Positions 9,129 through 17,687 of a DNA stretch of 32,000 nt are shown piece after piece. Below the pieces are notes generated by a model. The model ran no database searches. It was not told where the DNA came from and saw only the letters and a list, made by a program, of their open reading frames with translations. The position numbers and the translations under genes are program-made. The DNA is from Candidatus Nitrosopumilus koreensis AR1. Lineage in GTDB: Archaea; Thermoproteota; Nitrososphaeria; Nitrososphaerales; Nitrosopumilaceae. The stretch lies in assembly GCF_000299365.1 (NCBI RefSeq), contig NC_018655.1, forward strand, positions 90,001 to 122,000. Reading direction: 5' to 3'. Each line of letters begins with the position of its first letter. The first letter of the stretch is position 1.

Positions 9129-10043
9129 ATGACTAGCAATTTTATGACCGAATCTCATTCAGGCCGAATTTTAAATGAAATCAAAAATTTTAAAATAATT
9201 GATTGTAAATCTTGTGGATTTATTCACATTTCTCCAATTCCAACAAATAGTGAATTACTGGAACTTTATCAAAAGGAATTCTTTCAACACATAAAACCTA
9301 ATGATATCAAAAAAGATGAATCAGAACTAGATTATTGGAACATTACATATGATGAAAAATTAAAAATTCTTGAAAAACATCTTAACTCTAATACCAAAAA
9401 AATATTGGATATTGGTTGTGGTGCTGGTTTTTTTCTTAAACGAGCTATGAATAATGATTGGGATACAACAGGAATAGAACCATCTGACGAGGCTGCTGAC
9501 TATGCTAACTCTTTAGGTATTAAAGTAATAAAACAATTCTTTCAAAACCTTACATCTAATGATCTTGAAACTTATGATTCAATTCATATGAGATTAGTGT
9601 TAGAACATTCTTCTTCACCTGAAGAAATAATCAAAAAATGTTATTCTTTATTGAATAAAAACGGAATATTGATTGTTGAAGTTCCTAATGATTACAATCC
9701 ATTACAAAAAATTGTTAAAACTGTTTTACAGAAAGATGAATATTGGCTTCATCCACCAATTCACATAAACTATTTCACTTTTTCCAGCCTTAGAAATCTT
9801 CTAGAAAAAAATAGATTTAATGTAATACATCAAGATACTACCTTTCCACTTGAGTTGTTTTTATTAATGGGAAATGATTACATACAAAATGAATCACTTG
9901 GTAAACAAAAACATATTGAAAGAATGAATCTAGAAATTAATTTAAACAAAGGCAATTCTGACTTAAAACAAGAACTTTATTCTAAACTTGCCGAATTAAA
10001 TCTTGGAAGAACTATTATTCTATATGCCAGAAAAATCAATTGA
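9129..10043 (+). CDS. class I SAM-dependent methyltransferase
   Basis: SAM motif I ILDIGCGAGFFLKRA, an N-terminal CKSCGF zinc-ribbon-like element, and ILIVEVPN. Confidence 0.75.
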   Translation: MTSNFMTESHSGRILNEIKNFKIIDCKSCGFIHISPIPTNSELLELYQKEFFQHIKPNDIKKDESELDYWNITYDEKLKILEKHLNSNTKKILDIGCGAGFFLKRAMNNDWDTTGIEPSDEAADYANSLGIKVIKQFFQNLTSNDLETYDSIHMRLVLEHSSSPEEIIKKCYSLLNKNGILIVEVPNDYNPLQKIVKTVLQKDEYWLHPPIHINYFTFSSLRNLLEKNRFNVIHQDTTFPLELFLLMGNDYIQNESLGKQKHIERMNLEINLNKGNSDLKQELYSKLAELNLGRTIILYARKIN

Positions 10044-10093
10044 TTCTAATTAAAAAATAAATTTTATAATACATAAGACATTAATCAAATTGA

Positions 10094-10555
10094 TTGAACA
10101 AAATTGAATTTCGTGATGTACATGATGATGATTGGGATTTTTTAGTAAAAATTAGAAATGCTTCTCATGAACTTCATGGTAATACTTCAATTTTCACCAA
10201 GCAAGAATACAAAAAATATATTGAAAATCAACTTCTTGAAAATAAAAGTAATAGACATTGGATAATTATGTATGAAGACAAAATGATGGGTCATGCTAAA
10301 ATCATTAATCAAGTGATTGGATACATTTTTGCACCTGAATTTCAGGGCAAAGGTTTATTGAAATTTGTATTTGACAAATTTGAAACCGAAGTTGCAAAAC
10401 TTGGATATTTAACTATGTTGGGTAGAGTAAAAATCACACATCCTGTTTCACTTTGGCAATGTATGAAACACGGATGGAAAATGGTTGGTTTGGAAATGAA
10501 TGAAGATCCTGAATTGTCTGAATACAAATTATCAAAAGATATTAAGAATTCTTAA
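10094..10555 (+). CDS. GNAT-family N-acetyltransferase (PseH-like by context)
   Basis: 153-aa ORF with a TTG start. It has GNAT-like size and a ...QGKGLLKFVFDKFE... acetyl-CoA-loop-like segment. The PseH role is inferred from neighbours only. Confidence 0.55.
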   Translation: MNKIEFRDVHDDDWDFLVKIRNASHELHGNTSIFTKQEYKKYIENQLLENKSNRHWIIMYEDKMMGHAKIINQVIGYIFAPEFQGKGLLKFVFDKFETEVAKLGYLTMLGRVKITHPVSLWQCMKHGWKMVGLEMNEDPELSEYKLSKDIKNS

Positions 10556-10655
10556 ATTTTTTTATCCTAACATTGTTTATGTATTATAATTAAATCAGGT
10601 TTGAAAACATATGGAAAATCATAATATGGTTGTAGATAAGTAATTTAATTAGAAA

Positions 10656-11474
10656 ATGAAATCAAATTCTGTTTTTGTAATTGCTGAAGCTGGTTCTAAC
10701 TGGAGAATGGGTACTCCGGAAAGAGATCTAAAAATGGCAAAAACCTTGATTGATATTGCATCTAAATCAGGTGCAGATGCAGTAAAATTTCAAACTTATC
10801 GATCAAAAACAGTTTATGTTCCAAATGCAGGAACAGTAGATTATCTTTCAAAACGAGGAATTAAAGAATCAATTACAAAAATTTTTGATGATTTATCTAT
10901 GCCATATGAAATGATTCCTGTTTTAGCCAAGTATTGTAAATCTAAAAAAATCGAATTCATGTCTACACCATTTTCAATAGATGATGCAAAAGCAATTGAT
11001 CCTTATGTACGTCGTCATAAACTTGCTTCATCTGAAATTACTCACAGTAGATTAATTGAATTTTTAGCTAAAACAAAAAAGCCATTAATTATTTCAACTG
11101 GAGCAGCTAATTTAACAGATATTGAATGGGCAATAAACCACTTTTATTCTCATGGAGGAAAAAAACTCTATTTGTTACAAACAACAATGAAATATCCCGC
11201 ATCTTTGGAAAGCTTAAACCTTTCGGCAATTACTCATTTAAAAAATAAATTTAATTTGCCTGTAGGATTTTCTGATCATAGTGAAGACCCAGTAATTGGA
11301 CCAATTGTTGCAGTAACTCTTGGTGCTGAAATTATTGAGAAACATTTCACATTAAATAAACACTTACCTGGCCCGGACAATTCTTTTGCACTAGAACCAA
11401 ATCAATTAAAGAATATGATTGCTGCAATACATAATGCACAAAAATGTTTTGGAAAAAATAAAAAATTGTTTTAA
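10656..11474 (+). CDS. N-acetylneuraminate/pseudaminate synthase (NeuB/PseI family), catalytic TIM-barrel part; reading frame broken at 3' end
   Basis: VFVIAEAGSNW...GADAVKFQTY...ISTGAANLTDIEWAI...GFSDHS...GAEIIEKHFTL are NeuB-family motifs. The ORF stops at 11472-11474 before the expected SAF domain. Confidence 0.85.
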   Translation: MKSNSVFVIAEAGSNWRMGTPERDLKMAKTLIDIASKSGADAVKFQTYRSKTVYVPNAGTVDYLSKRGIKESITKIFDDLSMPYEMIPVLAKYCKSKKIEFMSTPFSIDDAKAIDPYVRRHKLASSEITHSRLIEFLAKTKKPLIISTGAANLTDIEWAINHFYSHGGKKLYLLQTTMKYPASLESLNLSAITHLKNKFNLPVGFSDHSEDPVIGPIVAVTLGAEIIEKHFTLNKHLPGPDNSFALEPNQLKNMIAAIHNAQKCFGKNKKLF

Positions 11475-11701
11475 AAGAAGAAAAGTATTATCAAAATTTT
11501 TCACAGAGATCACTTCAATGTATAAAACCAATTAAAAAAGGTGAAATTTTCAACGAAGGAAAAAATTTTGATATTTTACGTTCTGGTTTACAAAAGAAGG
11601 GGCTACATCCAAAATTTATTGATGAAATTGAAGGAAAAAAATCTACTAGAAACATTCCTTTAGGTGATGGAATAATGATTGATGATTATGAAAAAATATG
11701 A
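11462..11701 (+). CDS. SAF-domain C-terminal remainder of the NeuB/PseI-like synthase (-1 frame relative to 10656..11474)
   Basis: My own translation of the -1 frame gives KIVLKEEKYYQNFSQRSLQCIKPIKKGEIFNEGKNFDILRSGLQKKGLHPKFIDEIEGKKSTRNIPLGDGIMIDDYEKI*. This has the RSL...I.KGE....N...LRPG..GL......I.GK pattern of the NeuB SAF domain. There is no start codon of its own. Confidence 0.7.
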   Translation, partial: KIVLKEEKYYQNFSQRSLQCIKPIKKGEIFNEGKNFDILRSGLQKKGLHPKFIDEIEGKKSTRNIPLGDGIMIDDYEKI

Positions 11702-12287
11702 ATGGATCTTTATTGATTTTGATGGAACATTAGTTGATAGTTTGAATTCATTGTATAATGTATACTTGAATTTTCTAAAAAAATTCAATATTGTTGGAAA
11801 TAAAAATGAATTTACAAAGTTAAATGGTCCCACATTAACTGAAATTGTTTCATATTTTAAAAAACGATACAATATTAACGAAAACGAATCTGAGTTATTA
11901 AAAACATATGAACATGAAATAGAATTATCATATTCACAAAATGTAAAACCAATTCCAGGTAGAGAAATATTATTAGATTTTTTTAGAAAAAATGGATATA
12001 ATGTGGCGTTAGTAACTTCATGTTCACAGAAAATTATTTTATCGTATTTGAATGATCATAATTGGAATTCCTTTTTTGATGTGATTATTTATGGAGATCT
12101 AGTAACCCATTCCAAACCTGACCCTGAGATATACAATTTAGCTTTAACAAAAGCAAAATGTGATCGAGAGAAAATTTTGGTATTAGAAGATTCAGAAAAT
12201 GGGTATATCAGCGCAAAAAAGGCTGGATTAAATTGTATTGTTGTACATAATAAATCACAGCAAGAGATATTTTCTTTATTTCAATAA
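11688..12287 (+). CDS. HAD-superfamily hydrolase (beta-phosphoglucomutase-like phosphatase)
   Basis: Motif I FIDFDGTLVDS, motif II VALVTSC, and C-terminal LVLEDSENGYISAKKAG. The start could be 11679 (ORF track) or 11688. It overlaps the SAF-domain end. Confidence 0.75.
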   Translation: MKKYEWIFIDFDGTLVDSLNSLYNVYLNFLKKFNIVGNKNEFTKLNGPTLTEIVSYFKKRYNINENESELLKTYEHEIELSYSQNVKPIPGREILLDFFRKNGYNVALVTSCSQKIILSYLNDHNWNSFFDVIIYGDLVTHSKPDPEIYNLALTKAKCDREKILVLEDSENGYISAKKAGLNCIVVHNKSQQEIFSLFQ

Positions 12288-12295
12288 GATTCTCA

Positions 12296-13027
12296 TTGGA
12301 TTATGAAATTATTTCAAAAGGGGAAATTGTACTTTATCATGTAATTGACGAAGATGACATTTCAAAAGAAACTATGGAACAAATCTCAGCATATTGGAAT
12401 GATTATGTAAAATCAAAAAATTCTTCTGCATTTAATGATAAAGTTCTACGATTTGTTAGATTAGATCAAAAAAACAAAAATAAAATCTTCGTTACCTTTA
12501 CAGATTATAAAAATATTATAGTTGATAGAAATTTTTTAAACTCCTCCCTTGGTTTGTATCAAGTTGGTGTCAGTGGATTATTACTTGTTCACGAACAAAA
12601 TGATACTTTTGTATTATTTGCAAAACGAAGTAACAATGTTACAGAATATCCAAATTTTTACGAATTAGTTCCTTCTGGAAATTTAGATAAATCTGTTTTA
12701 GATGAAGATGGAATTATACATTTTGATTCAAAAATTTTAGATGAATTTAAAGAAGAAACTGGCATATCTGATTCATTAATCAGCAATTCACAATCTTTTT
12801 GTTTTGTAAGAGATAACATTAATCATGTTTATGATGTCTGTTGTATACTAGAAATCAATACTGATCGAAGATTGTTTGATGATTCATTTAAAAACGTGTC
12901 AGAATTCTATTCTCCATGCTTTGTCAATATTAAAAATTTAAAAAAATTTCTTACAGACCATGTATCTGAAATTGTACCAACATCTAAAGCAATATTGGAA
13001 TGTTTTTTTGAGAAAAACAACACTTGA
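12296..13027 (+). CDS. hypothetical protein with degenerate Nudix-like box
   Basis: 243-aa ORF with a TTG start. The segment SGNLDKS...ILDEFKEETGI resembles the REUxEExGU core of a Nudix box, but the upstream Gx5E is not canonical. Confidence 0.35.
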   Translation: MDYEIISKGEIVLYHVIDEDDISKETMEQISAYWNDYVKSKNSSAFNDKVLRFVRLDQKNKNKIFVTFTDYKNIIVDRNFLNSSLGLYQVGVSGLLLVHEQNDTFVLFAKRSNNVTEYPNFYELVPSGNLDKSVLDEDGIIHFDSKILDEFKEETGISDSLISNSQSFCFVRDNINHVYDVCCILEINTDRRLFDDSFKNVSEFYSPCFVNIKNLKKFLTDHVSEIVPTSKAILECFFEKNNT

Positions 13028-13088
13028 TCACTAAAGGTAAATTTCAAAATATAAGAAAGGTATTATATCTTAATGTTGAGAAAATTTT

Positions 13089-13748
13089 ATGATATTTTTA
13101 TTTTGTGCCTATAGAGATTGGGCCTTAGAACTTTATACAAAACTTTCAAAAAAATATAAAATGAAACTAATATCTTCCCCTAAAGATTTAACTTTAAAAA
13201 ATGTAAAAAAAATCAATCCTACAATGATTTTTTTCCCTGATTGGTCTTGGATTGTACCAAAAACTATTATTCAAAATTATCCTTGTGTGTGTTTTCATGA
13301 GTCTGATTTACCAAAATTCAGAGGTGGTAGTCCGATTCAAAATCAAATTATTAATGGAATCGTTAAAACAAAAACCACCGCATTTTTCATGGATGAGGGA
13401 TTAGATACTGGAAATATAATTATGAAAAAAGATTTATCATTAAAGGGTTCTATACAAGACATCTTCCAACGAATGATCTCAAATGATTATGATATGATTA
13501 TAAAAATTATCAAAGGGAAATATAAAATTAAAAAACAAAATGGAAAACCAACAGTTTACAAAAGAAGAAAACCTGAAGATAGTGAATTAAAACATTTGAA
13601 TCATTCTACTCAATATTTGTATAATTTTATCAGAATGCTTGAAGATCCATATCCTAATGCTTTCATAAAACTTGGTACAAAGAAAATTATCTTTAAATCT
13701 GTAAAACAAAATAAAGATAAGTTGGAATTTAGAGGTGTTATTGAATGA
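13089..13748 (+). CDS. formyltransferase-domain protein (Fmt/PurN-like N-terminal domain)
   Basis: CFHESDLPKFRGGSPIQNQIINGIVKTKTTAFFMDEGLDTGNII matches the H.S.LP.yRG...G.T...m....DtG.I formyltransferase core. Confidence 0.7.
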   Translation: MIFLFCAYRDWALELYTKLSKKYKMKLISSPKDLTLKNVKKINPTMIFFPDWSWIVPKTIIQNYPCVCFHESDLPKFRGGSPIQNQIINGIVKTKTTAFFMDEGLDTGNIIMKKDLSLKGSIQDIFQRMISNDYDMIIKIIKGKYKIKKQNGKPTVYKRRKPEDSELKHLNHSTQYLYNFIRMLEDPYPNAFIKLGTKKIIFKSVKQNKDKLEFRGVIE

Positions 13749-14053
13749 AGGCTTTAGTTGTAGCAGCACATCCTGATGATGAAGTTCTAGGAATGGGTGG
13801 AACAATTAAAAAACTAACCCGTGCTGGAAATGATATCAAAATAGTTATTATGGCAACGGGAATCACTTCACGACGTTCAACAAATTATAAAAACTCAAAT
13901 TCATATGAAATTGATGAACAAACTTCTAAAACTATGAAAACACAAATTGAAAAGTTACGTCAAGATGCTATACGCTCATCAAAAATTTTAGGTGTAAAAA
14001 AATTGAATTTGAAGATTTTCCAGATAATGAAATGGATATTGTTTCAAATCTAG
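13745..14053 (+). CDS. PIG-L/LmbE-family deacetylase, N-terminal fragment (frameshifted)
   Basis: MKALVVAAHPDDEVLGMGGTIKKL is the PIG-L signature. The frame is lost in an A7 run at 13996-14002. Confidence 0.75.
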   Translation: MKALVVAAHPDDEVLGMGGTIKKLTRAGNDIKIVIMATGITSRRSTNYKNSNSYEIDEQTSKTMKTQIEKLRQDAIRSSKILGVKKLNLKIFQIMKWILFQI

Positions 14054-14463
14054 AAATCACAAAAAGGATAGAAAAATCTATTTTTGATTTTAAACCTGAT
14101 ACTGTTTTCACTCATTCACAATACGATGTTAATGTTGATCATAGAGCAATTTTTAATGCAACAATAACTGCTACACGACCAAAACAGAAATCTACCGTAA
14201 AAGAAGTAATATCATTTGAAGTTCCATCCTCAACTGAGTGGTATTTTCCATCTAGATTTTCACCAAATATCTTTGTAGATATTCACAAAGAACTTCCATT
14301 CAAATTAAAAGCATTAAAAGAATACAAAACTGAATTAGAAAAATTTCCACATCCTAGATCATTAGAATCATTAGAAATTATTTCAAAACGTTGGGGTACT
14401 GTCTCTGGTTATCTTTCTGCTGAAGCATTTTATTTAGTTAGACAATTAAAATCAAAATTTTAA
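14032..14463 (+). CDS. PIG-L/LmbE-family deacetylase, C-terminal fragment (frameshifted)
   Basis: This frame is open from 13951. From 13999 it reads KKIEFEDFPDNEMDIVSNLEI...PDTVFTHSQYDVNVDHRAI, the second conserved PIG-L block (th...D.n.DH). Confidence 0.7.
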   Translation: MDIVSNLEITKRIEKSIFDFKPDTVFTHSQYDVNVDHRAIFNATITATRPKQKSTVKEVISFEVPSSTEWYFPSRFSPNIFVDIHKELPFKLKALKEYKTELEKFPHPRSLESLEIISKRWGTVSGYLSAEAFYLVRQLKSKF

Positions 14464-14465
14464 TT

Positions 14466-15557
14466 TTATACGTATTTTGATTTATTGATATTTTTAATTA
14501 TAAAATCAACATTATTTTCTGTAAGGTTTGGATGCATTGGAATTGACACAATTTCTTTTCCAACTTCTTCAGTAATTTTCAATTTTTGTTTTTGAGCATA
14601 AAATGTCATTTTATGAATCGGATTATAATGAATTCCAGTTTCAATTCCATTACGATTCATTTCCTTCATAAATTTTTCTCTATTTTTTACTCTAATCCAA
14701 AACAAATGGTATGAACATTCATAATTAAATGGCATTTTATTTTCAACTGTAATTTCTTCACAATAACGCTTTGCAATTTTTTTACGAATTTTATTTACTT
14801 TATCTAATTTTTTAAGTTGTTTTAACCCGATTGCTGCTGAAAACTCATTCATGTAGTAATTCCAACCTAATTCCGTGATATCATATGTACTACCTTTTCT
14901 ATTTGATATTCCACACCATCTTTTTGTTAGTAAATTTTTTCTCGATTTTAAACTAGATTTGTTATTTAGAGTAATTGCCCCTCCATTAGGCATTGCCAAA
15001 TTTTTCACAGGATGAAAACTGAAACAAACTGCATCTCCATGAACTCCAATTTTCTTTTTTTTGTATGAAGCACCAGCTGCATGTGCAGCATCTTCTATCA
15101 AAATTATATTATTATCCTTACAAATTTTTTTTATTGTGTCAAGATTGCATGCCATACCACCAAAATGTACTGGTAGTATCACTCTTGTCTTTTTTGAAAT
15201 ATGGCTTTTGATATTTTCAGGATCAATACATAATGTTTTAGAATCAACATCTGCAAAAATTGGTCTCCCTCCATTGTAAACTACTGCATGTGCAGTAGAC
15301 ACAAATGATAATGAGGGTAAAATAACTTCTTTATTTTTTAAATCTATTAATGATAAGGCCAAATGCAATGCAGCAGTTCCACTATTTACTGCCACTGAAA
15401 ATTTTGAACCAATATATTTACTGAATTTTTCTTCAAATCTGTTAACATTTCCAACACCTGAGCCAGATGCCCAAAACCCACTTTTTAAAACCTGGTTAAT
15501 TACATTTTTTTCTTGTTGATCTGAATTTACTTCAAATAGTTTGATTTTTTTCTTCAA
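14466..15557 (-). CDS. DegT/DnrJ/EryC1/StrS-family PLP-dependent sugar aminotransferase (PseC-like)
   Basis: 363 aa with ...AVNSGTAALHLAL..., ...LIEDAAHAAGA..., and ...CFSFHPVKNLAMPNGGA (PLP lysine region). It lies in the cluster with the PseB-like gene. Confidence 0.8.
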   Translation of the reverse strand: MKKKIKLFEVNSDQQEKNVINQVLKSGFWASGSGVGNVNRFEEKFSKYIGSKFSVAVNSGTAALHLALSLIDLKNKEVILPSLSFVSTAHAVVYNGGRPIFADVDSKTLCIDPENIKSHISKKTRVILPVHFGGMACNLDTIKKICKDNNIILIEDAAHAAGASYKKKKIGVHGDAVCFSFHPVKNLAMPNGGAITLNNKSSLKSRKNLLTKRWCGISNRKGSTYDITELGWNYYMNEFSAAIGLKQLKKLDKVNKIRKKIAKRYCEEITVENKMPFNYECSYHLFWIRVKNREKFMKEMNRNGIETGIHYNPIHKMTFYAQKQKLKITEEVGKEIVSIPMHPNLTENNVDFIIKNINKSKYV

Positions 15558-15608
15558 TTTTCGTTCCTGTATGATATTACTAAAATATGTAAGTTCATTT
15601 TTATCATT

Positions 15609-16211
15609 TTACATTTTCCCTTTAACAAAATCTATAGATTTTACTGGTGTTGGATTTGTTTTTAATAATACAGCTTTGTAAATTGAGCAATAATCAAGAA
15701 CATAAATTAGATTAATTAATTTTGATAAAATGTTTCCGTTAACTGATGAAATTTCCCAATAATCAATTTTATTTTTTTTGAAATATTTTTTTACCACAAC
15801 CCATCGCTTCTTTGTTTTAATATAATCATCTCGTCCCTGAATTAAAATTGGTTTAACCTTTGATTTTCTTTCCCAAGATACAATTCCATTATGACATGCT
15901 TCAACTATATCTTCTGCAATAACATGAACTTTTGAATTTTCTTGCAAAGAATTTTTAAATCTAATTGCTGCAGCTTGTAATCCCCATGGATAATATATTA
16001 TGGGTATATCATTTATCCACTTGGCTAAATTTAATGCTGAATTTGTTTTAGTTATATTTTGACTTGAAATATTGTTTCTTGTTTTTTTGAGTTCTCTAAT
16101 TGAATCCACTATGTCTGAATTTTTTATTGGAATTATTGGTTTCATTACATTAAGTATTGAATATAAAAAATGAAGGAAAAGATGCTCTAGGCGAATGAAA
16201 TTTTTCAACAT
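15609..16211 (-). CDS. bifunctional phosphoglucose/phosphomannose isomerase, C-terminal fragment (frameshifted)
   Basis: ...PIIYYPWGLQAAAIRFKNSLQENSKVHVIAEDIVEACHNGIVSWE... is typical of the archaeal PGI/PMI C-terminal domain. The real continuation begins near 16168, not at the annotated Met. Confidence 0.7.
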   Translation of the reverse strand: MLKNFIRLEHLFLHFLYSILNVMKPIIPIKNSDIVDSIRELKKTRNNISSQNITKTNSALNLAKWINDIPIIYYPWGLQAAAIRFKNSLQENSKVHVIAEDIVEACHNGIVSWERKSKVKPILIQGRDDYIKTKKRWVVVKKYFKKNKIDYWEISSVNGNILSKLINLIYVLDYCSIYKAVLLKTNPTPVKSIDFVKGKM

Positions 16212-16617
16212 TTATGTGCATAATTTTATGTTTTTTACAATAAGCATTCATTTTGCCTCCAGAAGAAAATGCAATTATTCTGCAATTTAATTTTCTAGCT
16301 GAATCAAGCACTACAAGAGTTTCTTTTGTATTTCCGGAAATACTTACTGTAATTACTAAAGTCTTTGAATTAACGGTTTGAGGTAACAAAAAGCCTTTAA
16401 CAATACTTACATGCATACTGTTCTTTGAAAAAATTGATGAAATAATATCCCCTATTGCACCAGAACCCCCCATTCCCGCAAAGACAATATGATCTACTTT
16501 TTCAAATTTTATCTTTGCAAATTTCTTTAAAAATGATTTTTCAGCAATTTCAGGCCATTTATCATACACATCATACATTTTTTGTTTATCGTATGTTTGA
16601 AGATCTTTTTTGTTCAA
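16150..16617 (-). CDS. bifunctional phosphoglucose/phosphomannose isomerase, N-terminal SIS-domain fragment (frameshifted)
   Basis: ...HIVFAGMGGSGAIGDII...LVITVSISGNTKETL... are SIS-domain motifs. The frame is lost in a homopolymer at 16165-16170. Confidence 0.7.
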   Translation of the reverse strand: MNKKDLQTYDKQKMYDVYDKWPEIAEKSFLKKFAKIKFEKVDHIVFAGMGGSGAIGDIISSIFSKNSMHVSIVKGFLLPQTVNSKTLVITVSISGNTKETLVVLDSARKLNCRIIAFSSGGKMNAYCKKHKIMHINVEKFHSPRASFPSFFIFNT

Positions 16618-16654
16618 TTGTAACCCTCTTTATTGTATTTCTATAAGTTATTAT

Positions 16655-17581
16655 CTAAATTAGAAATTTTCTTATTCCTTGAGAGAGTTCTATTTTTGGT
16701 TCATAATCAAGTTCTTCTTTTGCTTTTTTAATTGATGCTGTACTATGATCTATTTCCCCAATTCTTTTCTTCTCAAATTTTATTTCTAATTCTTTGTTTG
16801 AAAGTTTTTTAATTAAATTTGCTAATTCTAAAATACTTGTATATTTCCCACTTGCAACATTATAGATTTCACCATTTTTTTTGGAATCTAATGAAATCAC
16901 TTTTACAAATAAATTTACAACATCTTCAATGGCCACAAAATCCCTTGTTTGTTTCCCATCTCCAAATATTGTAAGTGGCAATTTTTTTTTACTGCATTCT
17001 ACAAATTTTGAAATAACTCCTGCATATTCTGGAGATTGACCTTCTCCATAAACATTAAACAATCTAAAGATTTTTGAGTCAAAATCATAATTTTTTGAAA
17101 AATTAATTATTTTTTCTTCCATTTTCTGTTTGCTTTTCCCATATGGTGAAATTGGATGTATGTTTTCACTTTCTATTGAAACATGATTCAAGATATTGTT
17201 GCCATATACTGCAGCGGAGGATAATGCAAAAATTTTTTTAATTTTATTTACATGACATGCTTTTAACACATTTTCAGTCCCATCTACATTTGTTTCAAAT
17301 GTTTCTTGTGGATTTTGAATTGATTCATTTACACTAATCTTTGCAGCAAGATGAATTACGATATCATTATCTATGGAGTTTTTTGAAACGTCATCCAAAT
17401 TTCTGATATCTCCTGTTATTACTTTGCTTTTATTAAAAGGAAATTTTTTTAAATTTTCTTTACTAGAATTTGAAAAATTATCATAAATTGTTATTTCATG
17501 ATTTTGTTTAATCAGTGCTTTCACTAAATGTCTTCCTATAAATCCAGCACCACCTGTTACAAAAATCCTCATTTTCATCAA
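16655..17581 (-). CDS. NAD-dependent epimerase/dehydratase (GalE-like UDP-sugar 4-epimerase family)
   Basis: MRIFVTGGAGFIGRHLVKAL..., ...SSAAVYG..., ...YGKSKQKME... (YxxxK). The start may be the Met at 17572. Confidence 0.8.
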   Translation of the reverse strand: MMKMRIFVTGGAGFIGRHLVKALIKQNHEITIYDNFSNSSKENLKKFPFNKSKVITGDIRNLDDVSKNSIDNDIVIHLAAKISVNESIQNPQETFETNVDGTENVLKACHVNKIKKIFALSSAAVYGNNILNHVSIESENIHPISPYGKSKQKMEEKIINFSKNYDFDSKIFRLFNVYGEGQSPEYAGVISKFVECSKKKLPLTIFGDGKQTRDFVAIEDVVNLFVKVISLDSKKNGEIYNVASGKYTSILELANLIKKLSNKELEIKFEKKRIGEIDHSTASIKKAKEELDYEPKIELSQGIRKFLI

Positions 17582-17687
17582 TATTTAATTTCACTTCTAT
17601 ATTTGGCATTTGTATGATGGTGTTCAAAAATTGATTTTTTATATTTAGAATTTATTTTAAATAAGGCATCTTCTTCAAAAACTCTAA

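Noticed and set aside
11453-11461. Canonical -1 programmed-frameshift heptamer A AAA AAT in the NeuB-like gene (frame-0 codons GGA AAA AAT).
   Set aside because: Slipping -1 at this heptamer lands directly on TAA at 11459-11461, so it cannot produce the SAF-domain fusion. Only a shift in the second A-run (11460-11465) works, and no downstream stimulatory structure is evident. Indel or sequencing error is more parsimonious.
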